DNA of 64,000 bases from Candidatus Latescibacterota bacterium (GCA_965223905.1 CBDCXV010000002.1:32001-96000); one strand, 5' to 3'; shown: positions 10,801 through 20,907, counted from the first letter of the stretch. A program made the numbers and translations. Notes: generated by a model from the sequence alone, not told the origin.

Positions 10801-13800
10801 CGTTGTCCGGGTCGGTGCCCCTATAGGTGGCCACCACGCCGGCGACGTTCTCGGCAAACGAAACCGTGGAAGGACCGCTCGTGATCTCCGGCGGACCGTT
10901 GGTCGGCGGGGCCGCCGACACCGTGAACGATTCGGCCAACGGACCCCCCGGCACCAGCGCCCGCACCTGGAACTCGTAGGTCACCTCCGCGTCCAGACCG
11001 TCCACCGTATGCGTCACCGTCGAACCCGTGCGGTTGGGTTCGATCCCCTCCCAAAGCCCCCACGACCCCGTGCCCGCCTGCTGACGATACTGCCAGGCCG
11101 TGATCGCCGGATCGTCCGGATCCATCCAGGTCAACTCCACCGTGGTGGCGGTCGGTCGCTGCCAACGAAGACCCAGAACCGAACCGGAAGTCGACTCCGA
11201 AATCGTCGCCCCGTCCGAAGCGACCAAACGCATCTTGATTTGGTAGGTCACGCCGGGGTCCAGGCCCGTGATTCGCAGCGTCGCCGCCTGTCGGAAAGCG
11301 GCGGCTTGAGTCTCCGACGCGCCCCCGGCCAACCCCTCCACCGGCGCAAGGTCGGTAGGGGAAAAGGTCACGACCAGGCTCGCCCCAGGGGGCAGAAGCG
11401 GAGAGAAATTGGCCAGGGGTACGAAATCGCTGGTCGTCGTGACCCCCGTCGCGCTGACGGTCACCAACTGATACCGGACGTTGTCCGACGGTACCGTATA
11501 AGCGCTTTCCGGCAGGTCCTCATCCTCGTCCGACAGGTCAAACCCCACCTCGAACTGCGCCTTGCCCGCCCCGCCTCGGGGTTTCACCGAAAGCAGCTGC
11601 CTGAAATGCGATGGCGGAGACACCATCACCTCCGGCTCCGCCCCCGTGAAGGTCCCGTAGCGGGGCCGCACCTTGAACCGGTGCCCCCGCCACAACTTCA
11701 CGCGCTCTACCGTATGCGTGACCGTAGTCGCACCGCTGCCGCTTATCTCCTGCCAGTCCTGCCAGGCCAAAGGGCCCGCCTTATGCCGTGTGTCCCATCC
11801 CGTAATGCGGGTATCGCCCGGATCGTCCCAGGTCAGCTTGACTTTGTGGTCGGCAAAAATATCGAGACCGTCCAGAACCCATTCCGCCGCCAGGTTTTCC
11901 GGGGGCATGGTAACCTGCGCCGCGGCGCCCTCTCCGATCGCGTTTTCCGCACGCACCTCGAAGGTGTACACGGTGCCGTTGGTCAGTCCCGTGACCGTGT
12001 GCTCGGTGAGATCGGCCGCCTCGGTGCCGGCGGGAAGGGAGATCGGACCCCAGTCCGGAGACCACGTAGTCCCCCCGTCCGTGCTCTGGCGGTAATCATA
12101 TCTGGTAAGCGCCGAGCCGTTGTCCGGCGGCGTGTCCCAGGTCAAAAGCACCGCACGGTCGCGCGGGGCCGCCCGCAGGTTACCCGGCGCCGACGGCACA
12201 CCCGCCACCGCCACCGCCATAGCGGTGGCGGGTGTGCTCGTCCCCAGCCCATTGACCGCCGAAACCTCAAACGTGTACGACGTGTTGTGAATCAGATTTT
12301 CCACCGTCGCCTGAGTCGTCGTCACGGCGATCGGATCGCTCCAGGTACCCGCACCGGAACGGAACCGGTACTGGTACGTGACCGTAGGATCGGTGGAGGC
12401 ATCCCACGCCAGCGTCACTTGGCCCAGCTGGACTTCGGCCCTCAGGTTGGCAGGGGTGGTCGAAGCCGCAATGGATACATCCACGAGGATGTTGACATCC
12501 GCATCGGCATCGTCATACCGGATGTCGGTCAAAGCGAGGCTCAGGGTAGTGGGATCGGGGTGGGCACGGCCACCGGTTACCTGGCGCAGCCCGGCCCCCG
12601 CATTCAGACTGGTGGCCACCGTTACGCTGTCCTCGTCGAACGTACCGAAGCCGGTCCGGGGATCTTCTATCGGGCCGGTCGAAAAGGGATCGGACAACAT
12701 GTCGTGGTATTCGGGGACCGTAGGATTCTGGTCTTGATCCCGAGAGTCGCGATAACGACGTTCGTCGGCGACTATGAGGAGGGGACGCTCTTGAAAATCG
12801 GAGTCCATATCGTCATAGCGGCGCCAGACCATGAGGCCCTGATCTACCGCGTTTCTGGCCGCATAGTCGTAGAACAAGACATAGCGCCCACCAAACGCCT
12901 GCGTCGTACGGCGGTTGAGCAGAAATTCGACGTTTCCCCGGTCAATCAGATAAGTCGCACCGGCGGCGATGGCGTAGTCGTTCTGAGAACCCATAATCTC
13001 GGTCGGCGTGAGCCAACCAAGATCCACCAGGTAAAAGGGGTTTATCGGATTGGAACAGGAGGAATAGGGCAGATAGTAGCCGTTTGCCCCATCTTGGGGC
13101 CCTTGATCTCCGCCGCCCTGCATCAAGGTCCACCCCATGTGGTTGGCATCGTCCACCACATGGTTTGACACCGAGTTGCCGTACCGATTCCGGCCGGCGG
13201 GGTCCGTCCAATTCCCGTCGCCATGGTTGAGACCAAGCAGGTGACCCACTTCATGAGCGTGCGTGCCAATGCCTGCAAACCGGTCAGCGCCATGGCTGTT
13301 GTTTTTAAACCCCTGACGCTCCGACATTACGTAGCGGTAAGCGACATTCCCGGCTCTTGGATTGGCTGATGTAACTCTATCCGCTCGGGGGTGCAGTCTG
13401 CTGCTGGTATCGCTAAAGTAGGGTCCGGAGTACAGAAACAGGATCTTTCGGCGCAGAAGGCGGGAGAACGGATAATCGGCCGAAGTGTGGTTTGGGAGAC
13501 TGATGGAAGACCCCGAGGCGGCCAACGTCCTCAGCGTCTCCCGGAACGCGTCGTTCCAGAAATCATTACTCATGGCGCGCTCGGCATAGTGTTCCTTGGA
13601 GGCCGCCAATGGAATCCAATTGGGAAAGCCGTCGCTTCCCGCCGTATTGATCATACGCACGTGCAGCTCGAACGCTCCGTCGGAAACCTCGTCAAAGTAG
13701 GCCCGCAGACTGCCGAACACCTCGGGCAGTCGCTCGTTGCCACCCGCTACCGTGACGTTGCTTCCGACAAAGGCGGTGGGATGGCCCCCTTCCGCAGTGG

Positions 13801-14128
13801 GATAGCCGCCTGCCAGCATCCGCATAAAATCGTTCAGGCGGTAAAAAGTGGGGGTTGCCGTTCCCCTGGTGCCCTCACCATGCGGTCGGTCGTAATCGTG
13901 ATACCTATACCGGGAGCAGGTCGTGCACGGTCTATGGTTTGTGGGAGATGAGGCCGTCGTGTCCCGGAAGGTGATCAACACCACATCCAGGGTACAGGCT
14001 TCAGCGGCGGCGTTTGCGATGGGGTTGCCTGCGTGCGGCCACGTAGAAGTCGAGCCGCGGGCAAAAATCGCCGAAGAACTGAGAAGCGATCCAAAAAGAA
14101 GCGCGAGTAACACAGGGGTCGGTTTCAT
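7814..14128 (-). CDS. Secreted M6-like (immune inhibitor A-type) metzincin metalloprotease with FN3 and cadherin-like repeats; C-terminus probably truncated
   Basis: Signal peptide; SLRAYFDEVSDG; zinc motif HEVGHLLGLNH; Met-turn WTLMQGG; many YxFxVRAxN FN3 and PPDFESPGD cadherin motifs. Confidence 0.9.
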   Translation of the reverse strand: MKPTPVLLALLFGSLLSSSAIFARGSTSTWPHAGNPIANAAAEACTLDVVLITFRDTTASSPTNHRPCTTCSRYRYHDYDRPHGEGTRGTATPTFYRLNDFMRMLAGGYPTAEGGHPTAFVGSNVTVAGGNERLPEVFGSLRAYFDEVSDGAFELHVRMINTAGSDGFPNWIPLAASKEHYAERAMSNDFWNDAFRETLRTLAASGSSISLPNHTSADYPFSRLLRRKILFLYSGPYFSDTSSRLHPRADRVTSANPRAGNVAYRYVMSERQGFKNNSHGADRFAGIGTHAHEVGHLLGLNHGDGNWTDPAGRNRYGNSVSNHVVDDANHMGWTLMQGGGDQGPQDGANGYYLPYSSCSNPINPFYLVDLGWLTPTEIMGSQNDYAIAAGATYLIDRGNVEFLLNRRTTQAFGGRYVLFYDYAARNAVDQGLMVWRRYDDMDSDFQERPLLIVADERRYRDSRDQDQNPTVPEYHDMLSDPFSTGPIEDPRTGFGTFDEDSVTVATSLNAGAGLRQVTGGRAHPDPTTLSLALTDIRYDDADADVNILVDVSIAASTTPANLRAEVQLGQVTLAWDASTDPTVTYQYRFRSGAGTWSDPIAVTTTQATVENLIHNTSYTFEVSAVNGLGTSTPATAMAVAVAGVPSAPGNLRAAPRDRAVLLTWDTPPDNGSALTRYDYRQSTDGGTTWSPDWGPISLPAGTEAADLTEHTVTGLTNGTVYTFEVRAENAIGEGAAAQVTMPPENLAAEWVLDGLDIFADHKVKLTWDDPGDTRITGWDTRHKAGPLAWQDWQEISGSGATTVTHTVERVKLWRGHRFKVRPRYGTFTGAEPEVMVSPPSHFRQLLSVKPRGGAGKAQFEVGFDLSDEDEDLPESAYTVPSDNVRYQLVTVSATGVTTTSDFVPLANFSPLLPPGASLVVTFSPTDLAPVEGLAGGASETQAAAFRQAATLRITGLDPGVTYQIKMRLVASDGATISESTSGSVLGLRWQRPTATTVELTWMDPDDPAITAWQYRQQAGTGSWGLWEGIEPNRTGSTVTHTVDGLDAEVTYEFQVRALVPGGPLAESFTVSAAPPTNGPPEITSGPSTVSFAENVAGVVATYRGTDPDNDVLTWSLGGADADTMRLDASGRLRFRAPPPDFESPGDANGDHVYEVDVSLSDGRPDATADTTVTVRVTVTGVNEAPEITSGPPAPSFAENRAGVVATYAATDPEGNSITWTLGGADADTMEIDASGRLRFRAPPPDFESPGDANDDTVFEVTVTAGDGSLSSPPFPVRVSLTNVDEPGTVTLPSSPQEGLAFTAALTDPDGNVSARHEEGDSDDADRDGWVFERRLGNGPWQPIPSPGGASGAVSTLPGLKSYTPTAADVGHMLRARVSYRDGHGPGKRAQSAPTGAVTPARPPPPTEGLLPGPEGGLAVSGWAQARVSWPPVSASPAVSGYDVHWQSKPVSGGTWPESWTSLLDNGAGTVEGARRAHVHPTLDPDRVYRYRVRARRGQEAGAWSGPLPGEAGVQPQPGPATGVTATRGDRQVRLAWTGPDHAHLTGWQYRSGTVVGPDTTWASWQTMSGSGASTRVHTVPNLTNGRRYTFRVRALNAAGQGAPSEATTAVTPAGVAAAPGNLRAAPGDGDRQMRLSWETAADNGSALRGYQYRQSTDGGASWAPWGAVSGSDATTTSHALTGLSPGAYTFEVRALNGVGDGVASNRATGIWFEENGTGAAVSYPSVAGRTWTRSGVDAGAFTLSSSGVLGFGTAPNFESPVDADTDNVYRVTVEARESGAPVLRLPVTVTVTNVDEEGTVTLSPMAPRVGQDLTATLSDPDGGEENVRWTWFSSTPAPPGGASGAVDEQLGTSKTIRLGRGLIGKQLRARARYDDAHGPGKQAASVKSDPVVGVPEAPGDFQATPGNGQVSLSWSAPSSTGGSAISRYEHRHRRSSASWPNDDTWTEVGTATSATVSSLRNGTPYAFQVRAVNEVGEGPAADATATPRQPNRVPVLSGPDSPSFDENGTGAVGAYSALDPDGHSIAWSLTGDDASDFRLSGSGPGRGLRFATAPNFESPGDDGTDNVYQVTVKVKDTGTPADSSLLDVTVTVKLVRRMYPPAQI
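11004..11897. repeat. ~0.9 kb near-identical stalk block, copy 1 (copy 2 at 17318..18211)
   Basis: Peptide PPENLAAEWVLDGLDIFADHK...GSTVTHTV is almost identical in the 2104-aa and 1189-aa ORFs; nucleotide match at offset 6314. Confidence 0.9.
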
Positions 14129-14911
14129 TGGCTGACCTCCTGTTTGATGCGTGCCCAGGACAACCCCTCAACACTGGAGTCCGACGAGCTGGACCGGAGA
14201 GCCGCCTCGGCTCCCTCAACCGTCCGGGTACGTCCATCAATTACTGCGTGTTTGGCTGTCAAATAGTTGATAAATAGAGGAGCATCGCCGCTCCCCCTTT
14301 CATCGCTACAGCCCTTGATCCCAAAGCCTTTCAGGAAAGCAGTACCGCCTAATGCGTAAGGAAAATGCTTAATAGGTCCGCCATAAGTCTCAGATTCAGA
14401 AGAGGCGCCGGAAGCCCCTTCATCCAAATCAAAAAAGAACCGTCCACTCTGGATTATTGTGACCTTGTTGTATCCTTCTGGAGTATCGACCGAATAGCTT
14501 GGGCGGCTGGACCCGCTGGCGCCGCTAGCGCCGGAGGAAAAGCGATACAGCGACTGCTCCCCATCGTCGGTGCGTTCCATCAGTTGGTCGCCCGACCACC
14601 GCAGCTTCTTGCCCGCTATGAAATAGGATGGGGCCGGGGGCCAAAGCTCAGGCATTTCGCTGATGACGTAGTAGGTCGTGTCGGTGATGACCTCGGTGCG
14701 CAACACCGAAATGGTGAATTGGGGGGGGAAATTGGGCCCCGGCCCAGTCAGGCCAATTTTGGCGGTCGGCCTCATCGTTTTCGTAGTCGTAGTAGTCATG
14801 CTCATACGTCCACGAATTGCCCACGGCCAGCGGCAGGAAATCGCTGGTTTCAGCGACGACCGACCCGCTGCCCAGGCAAAAAACAGATATGAGTAGTAGA
14901 AGCGCTTTCAT
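14125..14911 (-). pseudogene. Secreted protein (paralog of 14908..16191) split by a frameshift in a C8 tract
   Basis: 87-aa ORF (MKALLLL...DFLPLAVGNSWTY) and 226-aa ORF (QFTISVLRTEVI...SWARIKQ) join if the G8 run at 14721-14728 is G7; the paralog has DFVPLEVGNRWT...QFTLEITHTEFI in one frame. Confidence 0.8.
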
Positions 14912-16191
14912 GCGTCACCTCCGTGATTGGTTATGATGTGATTTAGCTCAAGGTATCCGGGCCCCTCGTCGACCAAGCGGTTGAAATCTATTTCCCCGAG
15001 ATCGGCGATTCCCATGGACGACAGTAATACAGATTTATAGAACATAGTACCATCCGACACTCCACCAAGTATCAGGTCGCCATCTGTCGAACCAGGCTCC
15101 TTGAAGGTGCCCTCACTGAAGTCAAAGGCGCCGCCACTCCATGAGAGTGTGTCCCGTTTTCCCACTACGGGCGGAAGATCGGGCTCGACCAGAACCAAGA
15201 ATTTTTCCATCGCCTCTATATCGGACACCTCTTTGCCGGAGATTATCGCCGAAAATGCACTAAGGGTATTGTATAACGGCTCCTGATAGTATAAGTCCAC
15301 CCAGGTCTGCCTAACCCCACTCATGCCATATCCATTCAAAAATTGAACCGTCCATTCGCGGGCCGGAGCCCAGAAGTAAGGAAATTCCGCTGGCCAGGAG
15401 AAATCAAAACGAACTTCCAAAGCCTGATTCCGATATACTGGATTTACCAATATATCCAGTTGAGCCGGGTACATAAGAAGCTGTTTTCCTTGAAACATAT
15501 CTTTCATTTGCCGGGCAATGTTATGAATACCTCTGGGATCGGGATGACCGCTGCGGAGATCACGGACAAAAAGCCCACCTACGTCATTCGAGTCCCATCC
15601 TATGGACGGCATTCTGAAATCAAACACGGGGACGTCCACGCCATCCAAGCGAAAAAAGAGAACCCCGTCCTCCGACAACCGCACCTTGTTCCCGGCAAAA
15701 AACAACCCCTTATCCGGGTCCCACTGTTCGTTCCAAACCAACCCAAACCCTGGCAACGGCGGCCAGTCGTAGGGCGGCTCGTTGAAGACGAAATACTCAA
15801 ACCCGTCAATGAATTCCGTGTGCGTGATTTCGAGAGTAAACTGTTTGGTATCTGGATGAGTCAGGGATCGGTCGGGTGGATCTATTTCGTCCGGGGGGGA
15901 CTTTCCAAGCAGAGTGTCCCCAGGCACCCTGAATGGGCTGAAGTAGGCTTCCCAGTACTCCGCTTCCTCCTCGCTCCAGTTCTCGCCGTCCGAGAGGTCC
16001 CAAAGGACGTACCACCGGTCATACATTTCATTTTGATACCCGTGGGAAACGGTCCACCGGTTGCCGACTTCCAAGGGAACGAAATCGGTCACGTTGAACT
16101 CAATGGCCGTTCCCTCATCCTGGGCGACCACCGGGGCCGTATGGCCAGCCAGGAAAATCAGCAAGAGCGTTACCCATCTAATTCCAGCCAT
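14908..16191 (-). CDS. Secreted hypothetical protein (DFxPLxVGNxWT family)
   Basis: ORF 14908..16257; likely start MAGIRWVTLLL after GAAAGGGG; signal peptide; ends in the shared LNHIITNHGGDA junction. Confidence 0.8.
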   Translation of the reverse strand: MAGIRWVTLLLIFLAGHTAPVVAQDEGTAIEFNVTDFVPLEVGNRWTVSHGYQNEMYDRWYVLWDLSDGENWSEEEAEYWEAYFSPFRVPGDTLLGKSPPDEIDPPDRSLTHPDTKQFTLEITHTEFIDGFEYFVFNEPPYDWPPLPGFGLVWNEQWDPDKGLFFAGNKVRLSEDGVLFFRLDGVDVPVFDFRMPSIGWDSNDVGGLFVRDLRSGHPDPRGIHNIARQMKDMFQGKQLLMYPAQLDILVNPVYRNQALEVRFDFSWPAEFPYFWAPAREWTVQFLNGYGMSGVRQTWVDLYYQEPLYNTLSAFSAIISGKEVSDIEAMEKFLVLVEPDLPPVVGKRDTLSWSGGAFDFSEGTFKEPGSTDGDLILGGVSDGTMFYKSVLLSSMGIADLGEIDFNRLVDEGPGYLELNHIITNHGGDA

Positions 16192-16344
16192 GAAATATCC
16201 CCTTTCAATTGACAAATTTTCTTTGGTCAAAAAGAGATGCACCGGGCGATCGCCCATAGAAGACTACGTGTGTTCTCCGTTAATGATTCAGGCTTGTACC
16301 TTCGCGTAAGCCGCGGTTTTCATGGAAACATACCTCGATTCTTA

Positions 16345-19300
16345 CTAGGAGGCTACGCCGGGGACATAACTCCATTTCCACCGCGACGGGGACACATTCC
16401 TTGTTTTGAACTCCCTTTGAATGTCCCCCGGATCCTCGAAATCCGGGGGCGGCTCCCGGAAACGCAGCCGACCCGACGCATCGATTTCCATCGTGTCCAC
16501 ATCGGCGCCGCCCAGCGTCCAGGTGAGCGCATCACTGTCCGGGTCGGTGCCCGTATACGTGGCCACCGTGCGGGCGTCGTTTTCGGCAAACGATACCGCC
16601 GAAGGACCGCTCGTGATCTCCGGCGGACCGTTGGTCACCGGGGCCGGCGGCGGGACCGCAAGCGACCCATCCGGACTCGTCTCCACCATCGGCCAGGCCA
16701 ACACCACCCCGCCATTCGAGGCCACCCCCCGAACCCGGAACCGGTGATTCACCCCGTTGGTCAGGTCCGGCACCGTATACGAGGTCGTCGACGCCGTGCT
16801 GCCCGGGACCGGCTGCCACCCACTCCACCTGTCCTGACCCTCGCGCACCCGATACTGCCACCCCGCGATACGGGTATCGGACGGGTCCGCCCAGACCAGC
16901 TCCACCGAGCCGTTCAACGCCTGGGCCCGCAAGCCGTTGGGCGGACCTCCCACCGACTTCCCGAAGGGACCCTCCTGGGACCCGGCCAAGGCCCGAACCC
17001 GGAACCGGTAGCTCACCCCGTTGGTCAGGTCCGTAACCGTATACGAGGTCGTCGACGCCGTGCTGCCCGGGATCGGCTGCCACGCTCCCCAATCCTCTCC
17101 GGCCTGCCGCTGCTGATACTGCCACCCGGTGATGCGGGCATTGTTCGCGTCGTCCCAACGCAACGTCATCGACGCGTGACCGGGGTCCGCCCGCAGGTTA
17201 CCCGGCGCTACCAAAGACTTCGGAGGAGCCGACACCGTGAACGATTCGGCAACCAGACCCCCCGGACCGATCGCACCAACCTGAAACCGGTAGGTCTCCT
17301 CCGCGTCGAGACCCGACACCGTATGCGTCACCGTCGAACCCGTGCGGTTGGGTTCGATCCCCTCCCAAAGCCCCCACGACCCCGTGCCCGCCTGCTGACG
17401 ATACTGCCAGGCCGTGATCGCCGGATCGTCCGGATCCATCCAGGTCAACTCCACCGTGGTGGCGGTCGGTCGCTGCCAACGAAGACCCAGAACCGAACCG
17501 GAAGTCGACTCCGAAATCGTCGCCCCGTCCGAAGCGACCAAACGCATCTTGATTTGGTAGGTCACGCCGGGGTCCAGGCCCGTGATTCGCAGCGTCGCCG
17601 CCTGTCGGAAAGCGGCGGCTTGAGTCTCCGACGCGCCCCCGGCCAACCCCTCCACCGGCGCAAGGTCGGTAGGGGAAAAGGTCACGACCAGGCTCGCCCC
17701 AGGGGGCAGAAGCGGAGAGAAATTGGCCAGGGGTACGAAATCGCTGGTCGTCGTGACCCCCGTCGCGCTGACGGTCACCAACTGATACCGGACGTTGTCC
17801 GACGGTACCGTATAAGCGCTTTCCGGCAGGTCCTCATCCTCGTCCGACAGGTCAAACCCCACCTCGAACTGCGCCTTGCCCGCCCCGCCTCGGGGTTTCA
17901 CCGAAAGCAGCTGCCTGAAATGCGATGGCGGAGACACCATCACCTCCGGCTCCGCCCCCGTGAAGGTCCCGTAGCGGGGCCGCACCTTGAACCGGTGCCC
18001 CCGCCACAACTTCACGCGCTCTACCGTATGCGTGACCGTAGTCGCACCGCTGCCGCTTATCTCCTGCCAGTCCTGCCAGGCCAAAGGGCCCGCCTTATGC
18101 CGAAAGTCCCATCCCGTAATGCGGGAGTCGTCCGGATCGTCCCAGGTCAGCTTGACTTTGTGGTCGGCAAAAATATCGAGACCGTCCAGAACCCATTCCG
18201 CCGCCAGGTTCTCCGGGGGCAGGGTAACCTGCGCCGCAGCGCCCTCCCCGACCGCGTTGACCGCCCGCACCTCGAAGGTGTACACGGTGCCGTTCGTCAG
18301 GCTCGTGACCGTGTGCTCCTCGAGGTCGGCGGCCGTCGTGCCGGAGGGAAGGGGAATCGTCCCCCAGTCCGGCGACCAGGTCGCACCCCCGTCCGTGCTC
18401 TGCCGATACTCATACCCGGTTAAGGGGGAACCGTTGTTCGCCGCCGGCGTGTCCCAGGTCAGGAGCACCGCACGATCGCGCTGGGTCGCCCGCAGGTTTC
18501 CCGGCGCCAAAGGCACCTGACCGCAGTTCAACAGGGTAACCCCCGACGAAAAAAGAAGGCCGCCGGTCCCCGCCTGCTCGCAATGCACCGCGTCCCTCAC
18601 CGTCACGTCGGTCAACCTCGCCACACCCAAGCTTTTTACTCGAATCCCGTACCAGTCATCATGGGACGGGTCGGTGGTGTTGGACGAGCGGAAGGTGATG
18701 CCGCCCCCCACGGTCGTGAGGTTACCCCTGACGATGAGCTCCGAGCGGGCCGGATCCTCGCCGCCCCCGGTCTCGTCGCTGTTGGCCGCAAAGCGAATCT
18801 CGGTATCGGCTGCGATGGTCAGGTCCATTCCGTCGGGAATCGTGACGTCGCCGGTGACCAGGATCGTGCCCGACCACTTGCTGTGGCCAACCAGCTCCCC
18901 CGACCAGGGGGTGGGGTTGGTGGAGACGTGGAAATCGTCGAGGAACAGGGTGTTGTCGGCAGGAGAACGGTATTTGCCGCCGTAGTGGATGTCCGCCCAG
19001 GCCCGGTTGATCCCGATGGTGTCGTGGGTCGTATAGGCCAAATCATAAACGCATAAATCCGGATCCTTCTCGCCGTTGATCCAGACCTCGGTCAGGCCGT
19101 TTTCCCGGCCCGGATCGTTCATCTTGATGCGCTGCTCGATGCGATACCATTGGTTCATCTGAAGGCGTGGCGCGGCGTTCCAATCAACTCTTCCCTCCGT
19201 CTCGTCATAAGGCCAGTGATCGCCTGTGTCGTTCTCCTGGTTCAGGTGATAGACGTAGGACAACGGCGACCATTGGTTTGTGGGATATCCCGCCCCCCTA

Positions 19301-19914
19301 CCCGCCAGCATGCGCGCCGACCACCCCACGGATCCTTGCTCCGGATCGGGCTTCCAACCGCCCGCACCGGCATTGTACGTGCCCGCCAGACCGGGTATCT
19401 TTACTACATGTTGTTCTTTAAAAAACCAGTCCTCCTCCAGTTTTATATGATACCTCAGGTACATCTCATCGTTATCCGGCACTAACGAATCGTAGATCCG
19501 CCTATCACCTTTAGGCCATAGGTTCGTCGCGTCGCCACGGACGATCCTGCCGCCCAGGTAGTAGCTGATGCTTCGCCCGAAGTGGGGACTTAGCACATTT
19601 CCCGGGCCATTCGGGTTGTTCGTGCCATCTTGATTGCTCGTGGAATCCGGTATGAACACTTCCAAGGACCGGTTGGCTAGGACAACGCCATCTATTGTTG
19701 TATCGAGAAGGGCACGGTCGGCTCTTCCGCTTCGGATGCGATTGAACTTGACATGAGGCAGGGGCTGAGGCGTGATGGTATTTTCGTTGACAACGTGTTG
19801 CGCCCACGTGCGAAGCCCGTAATCCTCGAAGTCCTGCTTGAAATAGGTCGTATCCTGCTGTGCCAGGGCAGTTCCGCTCAGGCACAAGGCGGCGTACAGA
19901 ATCGCTCTTTTCAT
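16345..19914 (-). CDS. Secreted polysaccharide lyase (PL14-like) head with FN3 repeats and a truncated cadherin-like repeat
   Basis: Signal peptide; YLRYHIKL, KIPGLAG, GWSARM, YVYH, WYRIEQRIKMNDPG..NG..EVWING, HYGG motifs typical of PL14-type jelly-roll lyases. Confidence 0.8.
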   Translation of the reverse strand: MKRAILYAALCLSGTALAQQDTTYFKQDFEDYGLRTWAQHVVNENTITPQPLPHVKFNRIRSGRADRALLDTTIDGVVLANRSLEVFIPDSTSNQDGTNNPNGPGNVLSPHFGRSISYYLGGRIVRGDATNLWPKGDRRIYDSLVPDNDEMYLRYHIKLEEDWFFKEQHVVKIPGLAGTYNAGAGGWKPDPEQGSVGWSARMLAGRGAGYPTNQWSPLSYVYHLNQENDTGDHWPYDETEGRVDWNAAPRLQMNQWYRIEQRIKMNDPGRENGLTEVWINGEKDPDLCVYDLAYTTHDTIGINRAWADIHYGGKYRSPADNTLFLDDFHVSTNPTPWSGELVGHSKWSGTILVTGDVTIPDGMDLTIAADTEIRFAANSDETGGGEDPARSELIVRGNLTTVGGGITFRSSNTTDPSHDDWYGIRVKSLGVARLTDVTVRDAVHCEQAGTGGLLFSSGVTLLNCGQVPLAPGNLRATQRDRAVLLTWDTPAANNGSPLTGYEYRQSTDGGATWSPDWGTIPLPSGTTAADLEEHTVTSLTNGTVYTFEVRAVNAVGEGAAAQVTLPPENLAAEWVLDGLDIFADHKVKLTWDDPDDSRITGWDFRHKAGPLAWQDWQEISGSGATTVTHTVERVKLWRGHRFKVRPRYGTFTGAEPEVMVSPPSHFRQLLSVKPRGGAGKAQFEVGFDLSDEDEDLPESAYTVPSDNVRYQLVTVSATGVTTTSDFVPLANFSPLLPPGASLVVTFSPTDLAPVEGLAGGASETQAAAFRQAATLRITGLDPGVTYQIKMRLVASDGATISESTSGSVLGLRWQRPTATTVELTWMDPDDPAITAWQYRQQAGTGSWGLWEGIEPNRTGSTVTHTVSGLDAEETYRFQVGAIGPGGLVAESFTVSAPPKSLVAPGNLRADPGHASMTLRWDDANNARITGWQYQQRQAGEDWGAWQPIPGSTASTTSYTVTDLTNGVSYRFRVRALAGSQEGPFGKSVGGPPNGLRAQALNGSVELVWADPSDTRIAGWQYRVREGQDRWSGWQPVPGSTASTTSYTVPDLTNGVNHRFRVRGVASNGGVVLAWPMVETSPDGSLAVPPPAPVTNGPPEITSGPSAVSFAENDARTVATYTGTDPDSDALTWTLGGADVDTMEIDASGRLRFREPPPDFEDPGDIQREFKTRNVSPSRWKWSYVPGVAS
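17318..18211. repeat. ~0.9 kb near-identical stalk block, copy 2
   Basis: Matches 11004..11897. Confidence 0.9.
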
Positions 19915-19959
19915 CCCGGAACCTTTCGGGTTTGGTGTTTTTTAGTTGGGTTGGAGTTT

Positions 19960-20907
19960 TTACCGCTGTTCTTTTTTGACCTGCCCCCAAGTCTTCTCAG
20001 AGGGCTGGTCGCCGACGACCGTCCCGGAATCGAGCGCATGCTCCCACCTGTCGAAATGGGCGTCTCGAGACCGCTTCCCCGTGCCATCCAGACCCACCTC
20101 GTAAATGCCGTCCGAGGCGCCCGTCGCCCCGTCGCTCACCTGGGTGAAGGCGATGCGCCGGCTGTCGGACGACCAGGAAAGAAAGCGGATCTGGACATTG
20201 TCCAGAATCTCCCGCACCTGCGTGCCCGCAGAATCGGCGACGAACAGGCCCGGCCCCCAAACGTCACCGAAGGCGATATGGGCGCCATCGGGCGACCACG
20301 CACCGTAGCTGGTGCTCTTCGACAAATACGTGCGGGAAGGGGAGTCCGTGGAGGATGATCCGGTAACCGTTTCGAGGTCGTCGAGGTCCAAGACCAGCAG
20401 CGTGTAGCATTCGTCGAAACAGTCGTTATACAGCAGTTTGCGGCCGTCCGGGGAGAAGGGAGATGGCCATGCGTTGGCCAGACTGCCTTGTTTGGTGAGA
20501 AGCCGGGGATTCGAACCGTCGATCTCTACCGCCCAGAGATCGATCAGGAATACACTTACAAAATCAAAGAAGATCGTCCTGCCATCTGGGTGCCATCGGG
20601 GGGTTTGAATTGACCGACCGCCAATCGTTGTGTGATCAAGTAGCAGGGTTTCTTCCTCGGTCTCGAGATCCATCAGGTACAGATCCGACAGTCTGATATA
20701 GACCATGCGGGTCCGATCCGGAGAGAGTGCCGGGTCATATCCCTGGGCAAGCTGCCGTTCGCCACTGCCGTCCAGATTGCTTATGTAGATCACTTCTCTT
20801 TTGGCATACACTTTGAACCCCTGGTCCTCGGTCTCCTCCTCTTGTGCTTTGGCCGGCATTCCGCCGAAGCACAGGACAGATGCGAGAAGTAGTACGAGCG
20901 CTTTCAT
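19960..20907 (-). CDS. Secreted TolB-like (PD40/WD40) beta-propeller protein with TWGQVK tail
   Basis: PALSPD, WHPDG, FSPDG, WSPDG, WSSDS repeats; signal peptide. Confidence 0.88.
   Translation of the reverse strand: MKALVLLLASVLCFGGMPAKAQEEETEDQGFKVYAKREVIYISNLDGSGERQLAQGYDPALSPDRTRMVYIRLSDLYLMDLETEEETLLLDHTTIGGRSIQTPRWHPDGRTIFFDFVSVFLIDLWAVEIDGSNPRLLTKQGSLANAWPSPFSPDGRKLLYNDCFDECYTLLVLDLDDLETVTGSSSTDSPSRTYLSKSTSYGAWSPDGAHIAFGDVWGPGLFVADSAGTQVREILDNVQIRFLSWSSDSRRIAFTQVSDGATGASDGIYEVGLDGTGKRSRDAHFDRWEHALDSGTVVGDQPSEKTWGQVKKEQR

Noticed and set aside
9797-13168. Long plus-strand ORFs (also 100..1188, 16237..18423, 21577..23268, 36988..39189)
   Set aside because: Antisense shadows of GC-rich real genes; Arg/Pro-rich with no motifs
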